From NCBI RefSeq assembly GCF_036321535.1, contig NC_087436.1:26476001-26540000 (forward strand): DNA of 64,000 bases, read 5' to 3'. Origin of the DNA: Camelus dromedarius (Eukaryota). Shown here in pieces: positions 63,783 to 64,000 of the stretch (its first letter is position 1; the number at the start of each line of letters is the position of its first letter). The notes beneath the pieces were generated by a model, which worked only from the letters and a program-made list of their open reading frames with translations, made no database searches and was not told the DNA's origin. Position numbers and translations under genes: made by a program.

Positions 63783-64000
63783 AAAAGTATATGGCAACTA
63801 GAAAGTAAGAAGCCATTATTTGATATTATTGGAACTTTTTGAACGAATGGCAGAATTACAGGATTAAGCAGACTTCATGGACATGAAAGATTGAAAATGA
63901 GAGAAGAGAATGCTTTGATCACTACTGAAACCTCAGTTCCAAAAGACTGCCTAAACGTTGGATATGATGAATTAATAAATGTAGATAAGTGATTAGAAAA

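Overview
AT-rich, CpG-depleted mammalian genomic DNA (intergenic or deep intronic) with no recognisable protein-coding exon, RNA gene, CpG island or prokaryotic-type feature. Much of the window is interspersed repeat. It holds one full-length decayed LINE-1 (37387-43954, minus), several truncated or internally deleted L1s with visible target-site duplications (TSDs), MaLR/ERV LTRs, ancient L2 and MIR copies, a MER5-like DNA transposon fragment and microsatellites. The L1 3' ends, plus the apparent absence of Alu, Bov-A/BovB, PRE and Can-SINE, suggest a cetartiodactyl, probably a camelid (inference from recalled consensus sequences). The best-supported oddities are: (1) a ~270-bp, ~96%-identical inverted copy of local DNA (49702-49971) pasted 22 kb away into an old L1 (27629-27900); (2) a ~380-bp 'mini-L1' made only of the L1 5' and 3' termini, with a TSD (63401-63782); (3) a 3-kb TSD-flanked L1 lacking almost all of ORF2 through a microhomology junction (11559-14532). 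I found no evidence for a new gene system. Repeat family names were assigned by eye, and boundaries of old elements are approximate.
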